A stretch of DNA of 64,000 nucleotides from Octopus vulgaris (lineage: Eukaryota): NCBI GenBank assembly GCA_951406725.2, contig OX597833.1, positions 52,824,001 through 52,888,000 of the forward strand, written 5' to 3'. The position numbers and the translations under genes were made by a program. Under the pieces are notes generated by a model. The model was given only the letters and a program-made list of their open reading frames with translations. It ran no database searches and was not told the origin of the DNA. Every line of letters begins with the position of its first letter. Positions within the stretch are counted from its first letter, which is position 1. Below, piece after piece: positions 27,958 through 43,421 of this stretch.

Positions 27958-28102
27958 CCAGTGGTTAGGGCAGCGGACTCGCGGTCGCAGGATCACGGTT
28001 TCGATTCCCAGACCGGGCGTTGTGTGTGTTTATTGAGCGAAAACACCTAAAAGCTTCACGACGCTCAGGCAGGGGGGATCCCTGCTGTACTCTTTCACCA
28101 CT

Positions 28103-28218
<116 letters not shown>

Positions 28219-28350
28219 GTAGGGAATATAATGCCAAAACTTACAGGAAAAAAATTCATGCAGTTCTTTCACCTATTTTCACTAACTTACACAACAACTA
28301 CTGACACACACTCACACAGATACATTCCCAGACAACCACGTATTTACCGT

Positions 28351-28383
<33 letters not shown>

Positions 28384-29014
28384 CCACACACACACACATA
28401 TGCACATATACATACATATGCATTTATTCCCCCTAGTTATACACACACATATACTCACACTGTCACATATACACTTAGACACGAAGGAGACCAGACAGTC
28501 TCAAAAGTGATTTTCAAAACCCCCTTCGCATGAAGCCGCAGAAATTTCAAGACATAAAACACACGTTTCACACATGACATACATACCCTGACACTTGCAA
28601 ACTAATTTTGCGATATCCCGGAAGCCTTAGACATCTGGGTCCTTCACAGAATATCAGTTGTCCTTTAATCTTGATTTCTACAAAAGGTTCCCCTGTTTAT
28701 CTGACCACATATGGCCGAATCATGCAACCGTTTCTGGAAACGTCACTTTCGGTTTGAACCACACCTACAAAAGGATGCTTACTTCAAGAAAATGTCTAAT
28801 TTATTTCCTGCGTAGATTTTTTTTTCAAAGGGCTTGTTTTCTGAGCAGCATGTTTTTTTTTATGTAAAATAGTGTAGGGTGTCAAATTAGGGTGCCAGCG
28901 AATGTATTAGACTAAACTCAAGAAATCTTCGTCACTCATAGATTGTGTTTATGTTTATGTTTTCCAGTTTCAGCTCTTGAGCTGTGGCCATGCTGGGGCA
29001 CCGCCATTTATCTA

Positions 29015-29133
29015 TTCGGCGCCTTTCGTGGAAGCTTTCGCCCGCTTCTTAGGACCGACTGACCCGTGCTCGACCGCCGTTGGCACGGAACCCTTCTCCA
29101 CTTCGGTCTTCGAAGGTCTCGTTCGAATATTTG
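29015..29133 (-). pseudogene. 28S: 28S (LSU) rRNA fragment
   Basis: TTAGGACCGACTGACCCGTG...GGAACCCTTCTCCACTTCGGTCTTCGAAGGTCTCGTTCGAATATTTG is the reverse complement of a conserved eukaryotic LSU core segment; no flanking rDNA. Confidence 0.85.
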
Positions 29134-29294
29134 TGTAAGGGCTTTATTTATATTTTTTTTTGGACCCGAACAACACGTCTCAGCTAGACCCTGTTTAGGG
29201 GCTCTGAATTAACTGCTTAGAACCATTTTATTCATGAGGTTATACAATTTGGAATGGTTCGATCTCAAGGCTTGTTTTAGTTTGCATTATATCT

Positions 29295-29326
<32 letters not shown>

Positions 29327-29687
29327 CCTCTCTCTCTCTCTCTCTCGCTTTCGCTCATTCCGTCTTTGTCTTTCTGTAAGAAAAGGACAGACAGATAGAT
29401 AGATAGATAGATAGATACAAGCAAGCAAACAGACAGACAGGTGGACAGCCTGGCTGGCAGACTGAAGTAGGGATACATTTAAAATTTTCTGTGGGGTTTT
29501 AGTTGGATAAATGATGGAATGAATAAAATGTAGAGGATGGGGGAAATGTTTTATTGTTAGCAACAAGATTCTTTAAAAAATGCATGAAAGCCACCTGATC
29601 CCACTAAACCCCCATAGAAATATGCGAGGATATATGTAAAATCACACACACACACACACGCATACATACATATATATACATATATAT

Positions 29688-29781
<94 letters not shown>

Positions 29782-29794
29782 ATATATTTTTTTT

Positions 29795-29957
29795 TTCATT
29801 TTATCTAGTTTCAGCTCACGAGCTGTGGCCATGCTGGGGCACCGCCATTTGGTGTTGCTACATGATTTTACTTCACGAATGCTTTTTAGCAATTGCCATT
29901 TGGTGCATGAGAGAGTTCGATGCAGCTGTCCTCATCTGCACCTCCTGCCGTGAAGTT

Positions 29958-29962
<5 letters not shown>
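29795..29962 (-). mobile_element. CR1-type LINE 3' end fragment
   Basis: Near-identical to 3092-3250. Confidence 0.85.
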
Positions 29963-29992
<30 letters not shown>

Positions 29993-30019
29993 CCTTGTTC
30001 GAAGGTTATATGGATACAG

Positions 30020-30122
30020 TTTGTGTATCAAATAGCTAACTTAAGGCGATGGCCTCATGGAGCTAATAAGCGGACAGCTTTTTTCTTATTTTATAAGAAT
30101 GCCATATTAGTATGGCGATAAC

Positions 30123-30174
<52 letters not shown>

Positions 30175-30875
30175 GGTTGGCCAAAAGTCACCTGACAGTG
30201 AATCAAAATTCCATAAATACTATCAGTAATTCTGTATTGACTCGAATGGAAAAATGTGTCGCTCATGAAGGACTTGAGTTTGAACAATTTTCATGATGTT
30301 TCATGTTTAGATGCTTTTATTAAATTTATTCAGTAGTTAAACATAAATAAATCTTAGAATTAAATAGTTTTGTTTTACTGTCTGGTGACTTTTGACCAAC
30401 ACTGTATATATAAGATCCTGGAAGGCCTTGTACCCAACTTTGGGACCAATCGCCAGAATGAACGCCACTGCATAATACCAAAATCCTGCCCTCTCCGTCC
30501 AGATTAAGGATCTAATAGTGTAACAGTTTAGGGGTCGAAAGCTAAAAGGCTTGAGGGATCTACAAGGAGTAGATGCGGTGGATGTGTTCAAAGAACATTT
30601 AGACAAGTACTTTTTATTTATTTATTTATTTATTTATTTACTTATTTATTTATTTATTTATTTATTTATTGTGAGACTAAAGGAATTCACATCGCTGCAA
30701 GAAATGCAAAAAAGGTTACCTTTTTCCAGATCACTACTTCATCAGGACTGAGTCTAGAGACAGGGCCTGGAAATGAGTCTAAAATGAAATTTAAAAAAAA
30801 AAAGCAAAACAAACAGTAACGCAAATGACACGCTCCAGTATGGCCACAACCTCCGGCTGAAACTAATAAAACAAG
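30020..30875 (+). mobile_element. Old CR1-type LINE 3' fragment interrupted by a MITE
   Basis: YKILEGLVP and RDLQGVDAVDVFKEHLDKY remnants; ends ctccagtatggccacaacctccggctgaaac. Confidence 0.65.
30172..30404. mobile_element. Tc1/mariner-type MITE
   Basis: TIRs cagggttggccaaaagtcacctgacagt / cagtgttggtcaaaagtcaccagacagt; TA flanks. Confidence 0.85.
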
Positions 30876-31059
30876 AGAAGTGCAGGAGTGGTTGTGTGGT
30901 AAGATGTTTCCTTCTCAACCACATAGTTCCGGGTTCAGTTCCAGTATTCCAGTACCTTGGGCAAGTCCCAGCACCTTATAAGTAGATTTGGTTGACAGAA
31001 ACTGAAATAAGCCCATCATATACACACGCACACACACTCACACACACACATATATATAA

Positions 31060-31128
<69 letters not shown>

Positions 31129-32086
31129 CATACATACATACATACATACATACATACATACATACATACATACATGTATGTATGTATAGATGTGTATGCG
31201 CGCGCATGCATGTGTGTACAAACACTTATACACACACACACACAAGTGCATAATTATATGTACCAATGGACTTTCAGGTTTCCAGTCCCAAACCAACGGA
31301 AATTGGAGAAATGAATTTTTTCCAACACAGAAACACCGTTCTCCCATTTCACACAGAAATACACACACACACACACAGACACACACACACACATTATACT
31401 ATCTTACAAGATATTCAACAGGTTTTTTTGTTTTTTTTTGCTCTATAAAGCCCCTTATGAAAGAGCTGCTTGATTCCCACACTACGCATTTTCCCACACT
31501 ACAACTTCCCAAGTCTTTCCGCATTGTCCAGTTCTACTACTACCAGCTAGCGCTGTTTGGCTCGCTCACATGGTTGACGCTGGCGCAGAATTAATGTTGA
31601 CAGCATTTGACGACGATAACGAAGTTGACGGTGCAAGCTATTACCGTTGGGTATTTGCTGTTGACGGTAACGACGATGATGGTGAACGGTGGCGGAGAGC
31701 GAGAGCTTTTCATTCATAACATTTTATTTCCTTCTTCTTCTTCATATTCTTCTACTTCTTCTTCTTCGTCCTTGTTTGTACTCTACTCCATTCATTGAAC
31801 CAGTCTGACTAGATTTCATGAACACCATCAGAGCAGCTGGTTTGATGAGACGCTGACAACGGAACTAACAACACAATAGTCCTTACTAAGCTGTCACCAC
31901 GGCCGGATGTTAGAATCAAACTTACCGGAGACTTGTGTTTGTTTTGTTCTGCTTCGTCCCTGGTCTCCCACTTATTCTGTTTTCTGGAACTTTTTTTTTT
32001 TATAATTTTTGTGATTGCTTGTTTGTAATTTTGCTTAATTTTTTGTTATATGTTTTCGCTTTTTGCTTTGTATAGTTATATACATG

Positions 32087-32119
<33 letters not shown>

Positions 32120-32300
32120 CTTCATAGTTACATTACCCATAATATACATACATATATATGTATATATATACACACACACACACATACCTATGTATTTATA
32201 TATATACATATATATGTGTATGTATATAGATACACACACACATATACATTTTACACGTATAGAGATAAAGAGAGGGTGAGAGGGAAACAGAAATAAAGAT

Positions 32301-32361
<61 letters not shown>

Positions 32362-32405
32362 AAGAAAGAAAGAAAGAGAGAGAGCGAGATGGATAGATAT
32401 ATAAT

Positions 32406-32474
<69 letters not shown>

Positions 32475-32487
32475 CGAGAGATGGATG

Positions 32488-32553
<66 letters not shown>

Positions 32554-33852
32554 TAGATAGATAGATAGGTAGGTAGGTAGGTAGGTACATTCACAATCAT
32601 ACATACATAACTACATACAGACAGACAGACAGACAGAAAGTAATAACTTACCGATATCCTCTTTATTCTTAAATTTATGATTTCACATGAAGAGGTTCTG
32701 ATCCCCAGACAAACTCGGGAATGTGGAGTTGTGGTTATTGTTGTTGTTGTTGGAAATGGTGATGACGACGATGCCGATGACGACGATGGCGATGGTGGTG
32801 ACTACGGGTATCCTGTCCAACACGAATATGTAACCTTAATTAGGTTTTTCTCTTAGGAATGTAAAGTCCGTGGGAGGAGTTTGAAATTTCACAGATGCAA
32901 TTTGTACTATGAATTAATGGTATTTTGCTCGATGTCTCTTTGCTTCGGGTTCAAATCCCGTTAAAGAAAACGTTGTTTTATCTTCTCGAATAACTGCAGG
33001 CGTTGTTGTAAGGTAAGAAGTTTGGTTTCCAAACACATAAATACGAGTTCAGTCCCACTGCGTGTTACTTTGCACAAGTTTCTTCTACGATAATCTAGCG
33101 CTGACCAAAGCACTGTGAGTTTGGTAGACGGAAACCGAAAGAAGCCCGTAGTATATATAAATATTTACAGAGTGGGCCAGAATTCATGACTCAATTATTA
33201 CTTATATTTCTTAAATACGGTCATTTTATTATTATTGTTTTGTTTGAATTTATTATTTTATTTCTTAATATGCGTATTAATAAATATTAATATATTATTT
33301 TCTACTCTAGGCACAAAGTCCGAAATTTTTAAAGAGGGGGTCAGTCAATTAGATCAACCTCAGTATGCAACTGGTACTTAATTTATCGACCCCGAAAGGA
33401 TGAAAGGCAAAGTGGATCTCGGTGGAATTTGAACCCAGAACATAGAGACAGACGAAATATGAATATTAATATTAACCAAACTCACTAGACATGCAGAACA
33501 TATAAAATTATCTCAGCCGATAAAGAATGCTAGTGACACTTCTTAGCTACAACAAAATGTAAAAGCAATATTACTAGTGGGCTGAAGACAACAGCTGGTA
33601 AATTTGACTCTACTAAAGTCCTCTTCTGTCAACTATGTGAACGCATTGCAAACAAGCTATACTAGAGCAGAAGATGTTACAATCCCAGAGTCACGGTCAG
33701 TTTGTGACGTGGACGTCAGTATATGAGCAATACACTTACTCTTCAGATAGAAACGATATGTAGGTGACTGACTTCATAGATTATAAAAAATCCATCTATC
33801 AGAACAAGAGACAAAGAAACTATGCGAAGTATATATTGAAATGAACTGAATC

Positions 33853-35163
33853 GAGCTGTGGCCATGCTGGGGTACCGCCATTTGGTGTTGCTACATAACT
33901 TTTACTTCGCTAATTTATTCTGAAACATGAAATTTGATGCATAAAGGAGTTTGACGCCGCTGCTCTCATTTGTACTTTTTGCTGTGAAGTTGGTTCATCT
34001 GAGACTCTTGATAGTAAGAGGTCTAGTCTCGTTTTGAACACACCTGCATCTACCCCATGCAGGTTTCTCAGGTCCTTCGGGAGGATATTGAAGAGCTGTA
34101 GTCCTTTAAAGCCCAAGCTGTTACAATATCTTGTATATTACGGCATATCTTTCCCGCCTACGTTCCAGGGAATAGAGTCTCAATCTCTTGAGTCTTTCCC
34201 AGTAGCTTATATGTTGCATGGAGGCTATCTGCTTCGTGTAGCTTCAATGGATTGCCTCAAGTTCTGCAATTAATTTTACACTGGTTGGTTACCATAGTTG
34301 GGAGCATTAGACAAAGCGGCTTAGGACAAATGTCCTCCAGTGGACCATCGTGGTTTCCTGATCTCTCGATTTAAAAGATCTAAGGTTCCATCCGGTCAGC
34401 CGTCAACATTTCATTTCCAACTTAGCAACATGCACATGGAAGGGCGCATCATTGCTCATGTAAATGCTCAGGTCTCGCACTGACTGTGTCTCTGGGATTG
34501 CATCCCTCCAGGTGCAGTGTATTTTATTAGTATTGCATTTAGTTTTGCATACTGATAACATTGCATGTTATTCTTCTTACCCCACTTGTATATTTCATCA
34601 AACTCGCGTTGCAGGTGTATAGTGTCTTCAGAGTTCTGTATCACCTGTGAGACTTTTATATCATCTGCATAAGTTGTGATCGTGGCTCTCTGTGTGGCTG
34701 AGGGCATATCTCAGTAGGTGATTATAAACAGTAGTGGTCCCAAAACAGTGCCTTGCGGAACACCGCTTAATATTTACGTGCCCTTAAAGGCAGTCCCACT
34801 GGCTACTACTGCTTGATTTGTATCTTTCAGAAAGTCATGCAGCCATTGTCTTCAGTTTTCCGACTATGCCGAGATTACGCAATTTGTGACATATCATTCC
34901 ATGATGAGCTTTGTCGAAAGCCTTTGCAAAGTCGAGATATATCACATTCACATTTGAGTGGGTGAGGAATTGTTTCAACACCCAGTCACAATGTTGTAAG
35001 AGCTGGGTTAGGCAACTTCTTCCTGGTCGGGAACCATGTTGGGTGTCAGTCAGCAAATAATTTTCCTCAAGGAAGATGATCACATTTCTTTTCACTATTC
35101 GCTCCATGACTTTGCTGATGTGCGAGGTCAGAAAGACAGGTCTGTAATTTTTAGCCTCTGCTC
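33853..35163 (-). mobile_element. CR1-clade LINE, 5'-truncated RT pseudogene with 3' end
   Basis: NYRPVFLTSHISKVMERIV, QHGSRPGRSCLTQLL, YLDFAKAFDK, GVPQGTVLGPLLFII, YADD, LFNILPKDLRNLHGVDAGVFKTRLD; frameshifts and stops. Confidence 0.93.
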
Positions 35164-35263
35164 TGATTACACACTCACAGACACACACATACACACACAC
35201 ACACACACACATACTCACACACACACACACACAAACACACGCACACACACATACAGTTATATA

Positions 35264-35307
<44 letters not shown>

Positions 35308-36804
35308 CAGTCAAGTATTAAAGTGAAAATTAACTCAATGCTCCCCCATTCAGTTATATACCTATTTTAATCTTAGAAGAAAAATGTCGGCAATGAATTC
35401 GATCCCAGTCGATACATTTATATATATATATATAATAGGGAGTATAACTCTAGACTTACAGGGAAAAGTTCAATTCAGTATTAAATCAAATTTCACAATA
35501 TAAATATATAATATATATAAATTAGATAAAAACCACTATTATGCAATTCAAACAATGACAGACATAAACCAATTCATAAATAAAAAGTAAAATATATTTT
35601 AAAACATATAACTAGAGCACAAAAAGTAAAAAAATGAATAAACAATACAATATAAGTATAATATAAAGACTACGTACGTTTCATGGCTATAATTTAAATT
35701 CGAATTACTATTAAATTTAAGTTTAATCGAAAAACAATTCAATTTAAAATTATAGTCACTCCTCGGGTCAACAATAATAACAATAATAGTTAAATAAGTA
35801 AGGAAATAGAATGAAACAATATTTCTGAAAGAAATAAAATCATGATTGTTCTTATAGAAAAAGCTCCATTAACTAAATTTGAAACTTAAAACATTAGGAC
35901 CAGGTGCCTATAATACATTTATCATGTTAAATATTTAAGGTTAAAAAAAATAGAGTAAATATATAGAAAAATGTATTTATCTGTAAATATATAATTTAGC
36001 TTTAAGAAAAAATATTAATATACTAAAGAATATCTTTACACTAGCTATACTCTAATATTTTAATTCACAAACTATTTTACAAAACAATCACACTTAATAT
36101 TTTTACATTTTAGTTCACATATAATAACTATAAAATAATAAAATAATAAAATTATATAAAAGTACGTATCTAAATTATAACAATAATAAGTACTTTTTTC
36201 GCAAATAATTTTATAAAAGATAAGTTATTCGTTTTTAGTTTTGGAATTTTTTATCTTTTATTTTTTATTTCATAAATATTTTCGGAATGATATCTATAAT
36301 ATTTATTTAAGTAATAATGGAGTAATTCATTTAATTATTTATATGTTTATTGATTGAAAAAATATGGATTTCTAATTGCTATATTTGTTGATTATAACGA
36401 ACTGAGAACTACGATAAGGGTACACGCGCCTGTGGAGTGCTCAGCCACTTGCACGTTAATTTCAAGAACAAGCTGTTCCGTTGAACGTATCCGCTGGATA
36501 CAATGTCTTAGATACATACATGCAATTATAAACCTATCTATACATATGTACAGGAACACATAATCATATAAACACGTATACACACTCACATATATACATA
36601 TAATATTAAAGTATACACAGATATACGCTTATTCATCTTCACATATATATGTCACTATTTTCGCAGACAACAGTTAAAATTCAAAACCTTTTTTATATTA
36701 TTTTATTTTACACAGATATATACATATACATGTGCACATATACATATATGTATGTATATACATATGTATATATAAATATATATGTGTATGTATATATATA
36801 TACG

Positions 36805-36988
<184 letters not shown>

Positions 36989-37174
36989 TGTGTATATTCA
37001 CGTATTTACATATATATATATATCTACATATATATGTATATATGTGTATATAGCGACCTCTAACAGGCAACTTTACACGCTAGACGAGGTAGTCAAAACG
37101 ACCAAAACCACATTTCGGAGCAATTTCCAAGAGAATGAAAAATAATAACTTTTAACTTGTTATACATACATACA

Positions 37175-37318
<144 letters not shown>

Positions 37319-37645
37319 TATTTACTGGGATGAGGTGCTGTGGTCATTTACTGGTATGTACAAGACATTGTAGATCTTTAGCTGGGCTAAAAAGTCACAT
37401 TCGATCACAGCACCAGTAGCAGTTGGGCTTCGTGCAATGTCCATACTCGATAACGAGGGGGCAGCCATAATGTATGTATGTATGTATGTATGTATGTATG
37501 TATGTATGTATGTATGTATATATGTATGTAGGTACAGGAATGACTGTGTGGTAAATAGATTGCTTGCCAACCTCATGGTTGCAGTTTCAGTCTTACTGAA
37601 ACAAGGGATAAATGAAAAGACTGATATATATGCATATATATTTAT

Positions 37646-37751
<106 letters not shown>

Positions 37752-37860
37752 GCACACACACACACACGTACCGTACATACACACACATGCATATATATAT
37801 ATGATTTTGCGTGTAAGTACACACACCAACTTACGCACACATAACGTGTGTGTGCGTGCG

Positions 37861-37927
<67 letters not shown>

Positions 37928-37952
37928 GTGTATGTGTGTGTGTGTATCTGTC

Positions 37953-37992
<40 letters not shown>

Positions 37993-38030
37993 TATGTATG
38001 TGTGTGTATGTGTGTGTGTATCTGTCTGTA

Positions 38031-38079
<49 letters not shown>

Positions 38080-38106
38080 GTGTATGTGTGTGTGTATCTG
38101 TCTGTA

Positions 38107-38143
<37 letters not shown>

Positions 38144-38889
38144 ACGTATATGTGTGTGTGTATGTGTGTGTGCGTGTGTGTCTGTGTGTGTGTGTGTGTG
38201 TGTGCTGATTCTGGGTCTTCTTGGGTTTTTTGGCAGATTAATAAACTTTAAACATCTCCACTTCAACTCTCACCCTAAATCTCTATATTTCCCCCTTAAT
38301 GTCGCCTTTCCACACACATTCCAGCCCCACGCCACCGCCACCGCCACCACCACCACCACCACCACCACACCACCACCACCACCACCACCACCACCACCAC
38401 CACCACCCTATAACCTAATACAATTGACCAATAAATGCTAATCCCTCCTTGTATTACGTTACTCATCATTAAAAAACCCATTTCCTCCTCCCTCTCCTCC
38501 TCCTCCTCCTCCTCCTTCTCATCATTATTATCATTACTTTCACTTTTATCAATCTCTCCACCCACCCATTATAATTTACAACGCCGTACATATCCTTTTA
38601 TTCCGTTCACCTGTCAATCAAACGTTGTTTTTATTGTTTTTGTTTTTGGTTGTTTTGTTTTTTTGTAGTTTTATTTTTCGTTTTGCTGGGGTTTCTCTGC
38701 AGACCACTCTCATATGAATCTGACCTAATTTACCTAATTCGTTCACCTTAGGTTGTGAGTACGAAATTGCGTGTATATAGATATCCCAGCATGGCCAGAG
38801 CTCTCGGTCTGAATCACATAACAGAATAACATATGGCGGTGCCCCAGCATCGCCACAGCTCAAGAGCTGAAACTGGAAAACATAAAACA

Positions 38890-39281
<392 letters not shown>

Positions 39282-39285
39282 ATAT

Positions 39286-40880
39286 CTATATATAAAACTG
39301 AGAATGTGTGTCTGTCTCTCTGTCTGTGTGTTTCCCTAAAACCTGAGAACTACACAACCAATTTCATTCAAATTTTACACATGCCTTACTTAAGGTCCGG
39401 GCAGTGTCATCGGCAAAAAAAATGTTAACTTTTTCCCTAGGGTGACCCCACAGCAATATCATATCTTCTCCACTATTTCAGTATTACGTGTTAAAAGTGA
39501 AACAAAAACATCTCTCTATTGTAATGCAGACACTTTCATTTTAATACTGAAACTATTAATACGGTGGTGGTGGTCGTGGTAGTGGTCGTGTTAGTGGTGG
39601 TGGTCGTGGTGGTGGTGATGGTGGTGGTGGTGATGGTGGTGGTAGTGGTGGTGGTGATGGTGGTGATGATGGTGGTGGTGGTGGTGGTCTTCATGGTGGT
39701 GGTGGTGGTGGTGGTGGTGATGGTGGTCGTGGTGGTGGTGGTGATGGTGGTAGTGGTAGTGGTGGTGGTGGTGGTGGTGGTGGTGTTGGTCGTCGTGATG
39801 ATGGTGGTGGTGTTTGTGGCAGAGTTGTCCTTTGACTGTGAAGCTGTCGTCTGGGTTCTTCCAATTTTTTCGTGTGTCCGTGGCGGAGTTGGCGTCCATG
39901 CTTGCACCTGCACCTGTGTTACTCCTCCCCTCCCTCCCTCCTTCATGAAGCTGTGGTGAAGGAAAGGTAGGGAAATCAACGGCGTAAGCGTTGTCAAGGA
40001 GACCAGCGTTGTTTTAGAACGACGACTTCATGGCTTTGAAGTCGCCAAAACAGAAATGGCTAAGAAAGCCGAAAGCAAATTCTACAAAATCGGGAAACAC
40101 GTCACACACGGAAGGTTTCCCGTGCAAAGAATTTGCACAACTGAATGTTTTAGTTGTTGCACAACTAATACATAAAAAATATTATCCAAACACAAACTTT
40201 TGAAGGCAATATTGTATGGCGATGGTACTTGTGAAATATGGTAATAGATTTAGTAGCCAAAAGGAGAGAGCAGAGGTAAGTATGGTGGTGGTGGTGGTGT
40301 TGGTCATGGTGGTGGCGATGTTGGCGTCCATGCTCACATCTGCACCTGTGTCGCTCCTCCCCTCCTTCCCTCCTTCATGAAGCTGTGGGGAAGGCAGGGT
40401 AAAGAAATCTACGTCGTAAGCGTTGTCAAGAAGACCAGCGTTCTTTGAAGACTCAAAACTGAAATGGCTAAGGAAGCCGAAAGCAAATTCTACAAAATCG
40501 GGAAATACGTCACACAGGGAAGGTTTCCCGTGCAAAGAATTTGCACAACCGAATGTTTTAGTTGTTGCACAACTTTTACATAAAAATATCATCCAAACAC
40601 AAACTTTTGAAGTTTAGTATTGTCTTTTTTAATTTTTAACGCTTGTGCAAAATTGGATTTGTTTTTGGTGGTAGTGTTGGTGGTAGTGTTGGTGTCACTT
40701 GTAGTGGTTGAAGTCGTAGTAGTGGAACAAGGAACATTGTTTACAACGAGGTGTTATAATCTCAACAGCCAGGAGATATATGTATGATCCCCTTTTTTGT
40801 GTGTGTATCCACATATATATATAACAGAAAAAGTCTAATTCTTCAATTGAATGTAACCGGGCAACGCCGGGTATCTCTGC

Positions 40881-40883
<3 letters not shown>
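39286..40883 (+). mobile_element. Non-autonomous Helitron with (GGT)n and an internal ~300-bp duplication
   Basis: 5' TCtatatataaaactgagaatgtgtgtctgtc; 3' ccgggcaacgccgggtatctctgcta; 39888-40205 repeated at 40320-40612. Confidence 0.72.
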
Positions 40884-40931
<48 letters not shown>

Positions 40932-40945
40932 TAGATAGATAGATT

Positions 40946-41014
<69 letters not shown>

Positions 41015-41139
41015 GATAAGATAGATAGATATGCATGCATATATCAATTAGATCGAACTCCCATTCAGACCCCAATGACCAAAGACTAGCCACACGCTTG
41101 AAATTCAGATTAGCAGGGAGTCTGAATCAGACTGTTTTG

Positions 41140-41244
<105 letters not shown>

Positions 41245-41794
41245 TCTTCCTTAATAGAATATACGTGTATGTGCGTGAGTATATAGATGTAAGAATGTGT
41301 ATATGTGTATGAATGTGTGCACATACATACATAAGTGAATATATGTGTGTTTAAGTGTATAATACTTATAACATATATGCGTATGTGTGCGTCTACCTGA
41401 GCGTGTGTGTGTGTATACGACTATGATTGTATGTGTCAATGAAGAAATAAAATGTACGACCAGGGGCGGGGTTGAGATGGGTTGGGGACATTCCTTCCCA
41501 CGCTACCACCACAATCGTTTCCCTTCTCTGATTAATTAAGATTATCGAGTCCCCTAATCACCCACTACTAATAGTGCGCCCCCCCCCCCACACACACACA
41601 CACACATACCTGCTACGCTTGCTGCATCTATTACATTCCCGTGTACTCAATTACTCATTGTGCAATCACCACCACCACCACCACCACCACCACGACTACT
41701 AATGCTACTGCTGTTGCTACTACTACAACAACTACAACCATACTACCACAGCCACTACTACTACTACTACTACAATCAGGCACACACAAATATA

Positions 41795-41841
<47 letters not shown>

Positions 41842-41853
41842 GTATATATATAT

Positions 41854-41890
<37 letters not shown>

Positions 41891-42024
41891 TATGCGTGTT
41901 GTATGTATTCATGCGTATAAATATATATGGATATATATATATCTTTTTATCTTTATTTTTTATCTACATATATATATATACATATATAGATATATACATA
42001 TAAAAATATATGCATATATATATA

Positions 42025-42176
<152 letters not shown>

Positions 42177-43387
42177 CATGTATATGTATATGTATATGTA
42201 TGTATGTATGTATATAAGGTGAGTTGACAGAACAGAATCGTTACCGCACCAGACAAAATGCTTGGTGACATTTCTTCTAGTTTTGCGTCCTGAGTTCACG
42301 ATCCGCCGATATTGACTTTGTGTTTCATCTTTTCGGGCTCCATTAAATAATTACCAGTCGACTGAGAAGTAAAAAAAAAAGGTTACCTTCTCGTGTCATG
42401 TCAACTCATAAGGGCCGCTTTCCCGGTTTCCATGAGAGTATAAATCCTCCACCTGGACGGGACGCCGATCCGTCGGAGGATTACTCATTTTTGCCAGCTG
42501 AATGGACTGCAGCGACGTGAAATAAAGTGTTTTGCTCAAGAACACAACGCATCGCGCGGTCCAGGAATTGAAACTACAATCATCCGATCATGAATCCAAC
42601 ACCCAAACCACTAAGCCACGCGCCTCCACAGTTGAGCACTGGGGGCGTCGATGTTATCGTCTAGTCTCCTCTCTCAAAATGTCTCTTGCAGAAAATATCG
42701 CTAAACCTAGTAGGTATTTAAGCAGTGCGTCCATAGTTGGATGTGGTGCGGACGAAAGAACAATAACTCCTGAAATATGTATATACATTCATTACTTATT
42801 TTTGAAATCTTCGATCGCATAGTTTACTAAGACGTATTCGAGCACGATATCTCGTAACTTGCAGCGCTGGCTCCGAATTCCACCGAAATTCAGTAGAGAT
42901 AAACTGAAAATTGAGAACATCGCACTGCTAACACAAAAGGAAGGCACAATATTGACTCGTAAAGCTTTAATATACTTGATGGAATATCATGGTCGCTAAA
43001 CAAAATACTGGGTCCTTGGTAGCAATTAATTTTTACCTACCAGTTGTTCTGAGATCAAATCCCACCGAAATCCTCTTTGCTTTTTATCCTTCGGGGCCGA
43101 TAATGTAAAGGTACCAGTTAGTACGGTGGATGAATTGAATGGATAGAGCGTTGGCTAAAATTCTTTGCGGTGTTATATTCAATGTGCCCAGGCAGATGCA
43201 TCAGATTTTGTTGTTGGCGGTGATGTTAATGATGGTGTTGGTGGTGTTGAGGTCAGTGGCGGTGGTGGTGGTGATGATGACGACGACGACGATATGGAGG
43301 TATGGGTAGTGACGTCAGTGTTCGCAGTAGTGGCAATAGTGCCGCTGGTCATGTTGGTGTTGGTGATGGTGGCAGTGGTTGTGGTGA

Positions 43388-43421
<34 letters not shown>

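Noticed and set aside
28658-28867. Possible Penelope endonuclease N-terminal remnant (..TSRKCLIYFL..)
   Set aside because: Similarity too weak to support by eye
37338-37414. Possible pre-miRNA (ggtgctgtggtc / gatcacagcacc stem)
   Set aside because: Only a 12-bp stem with a large poorly paired interior
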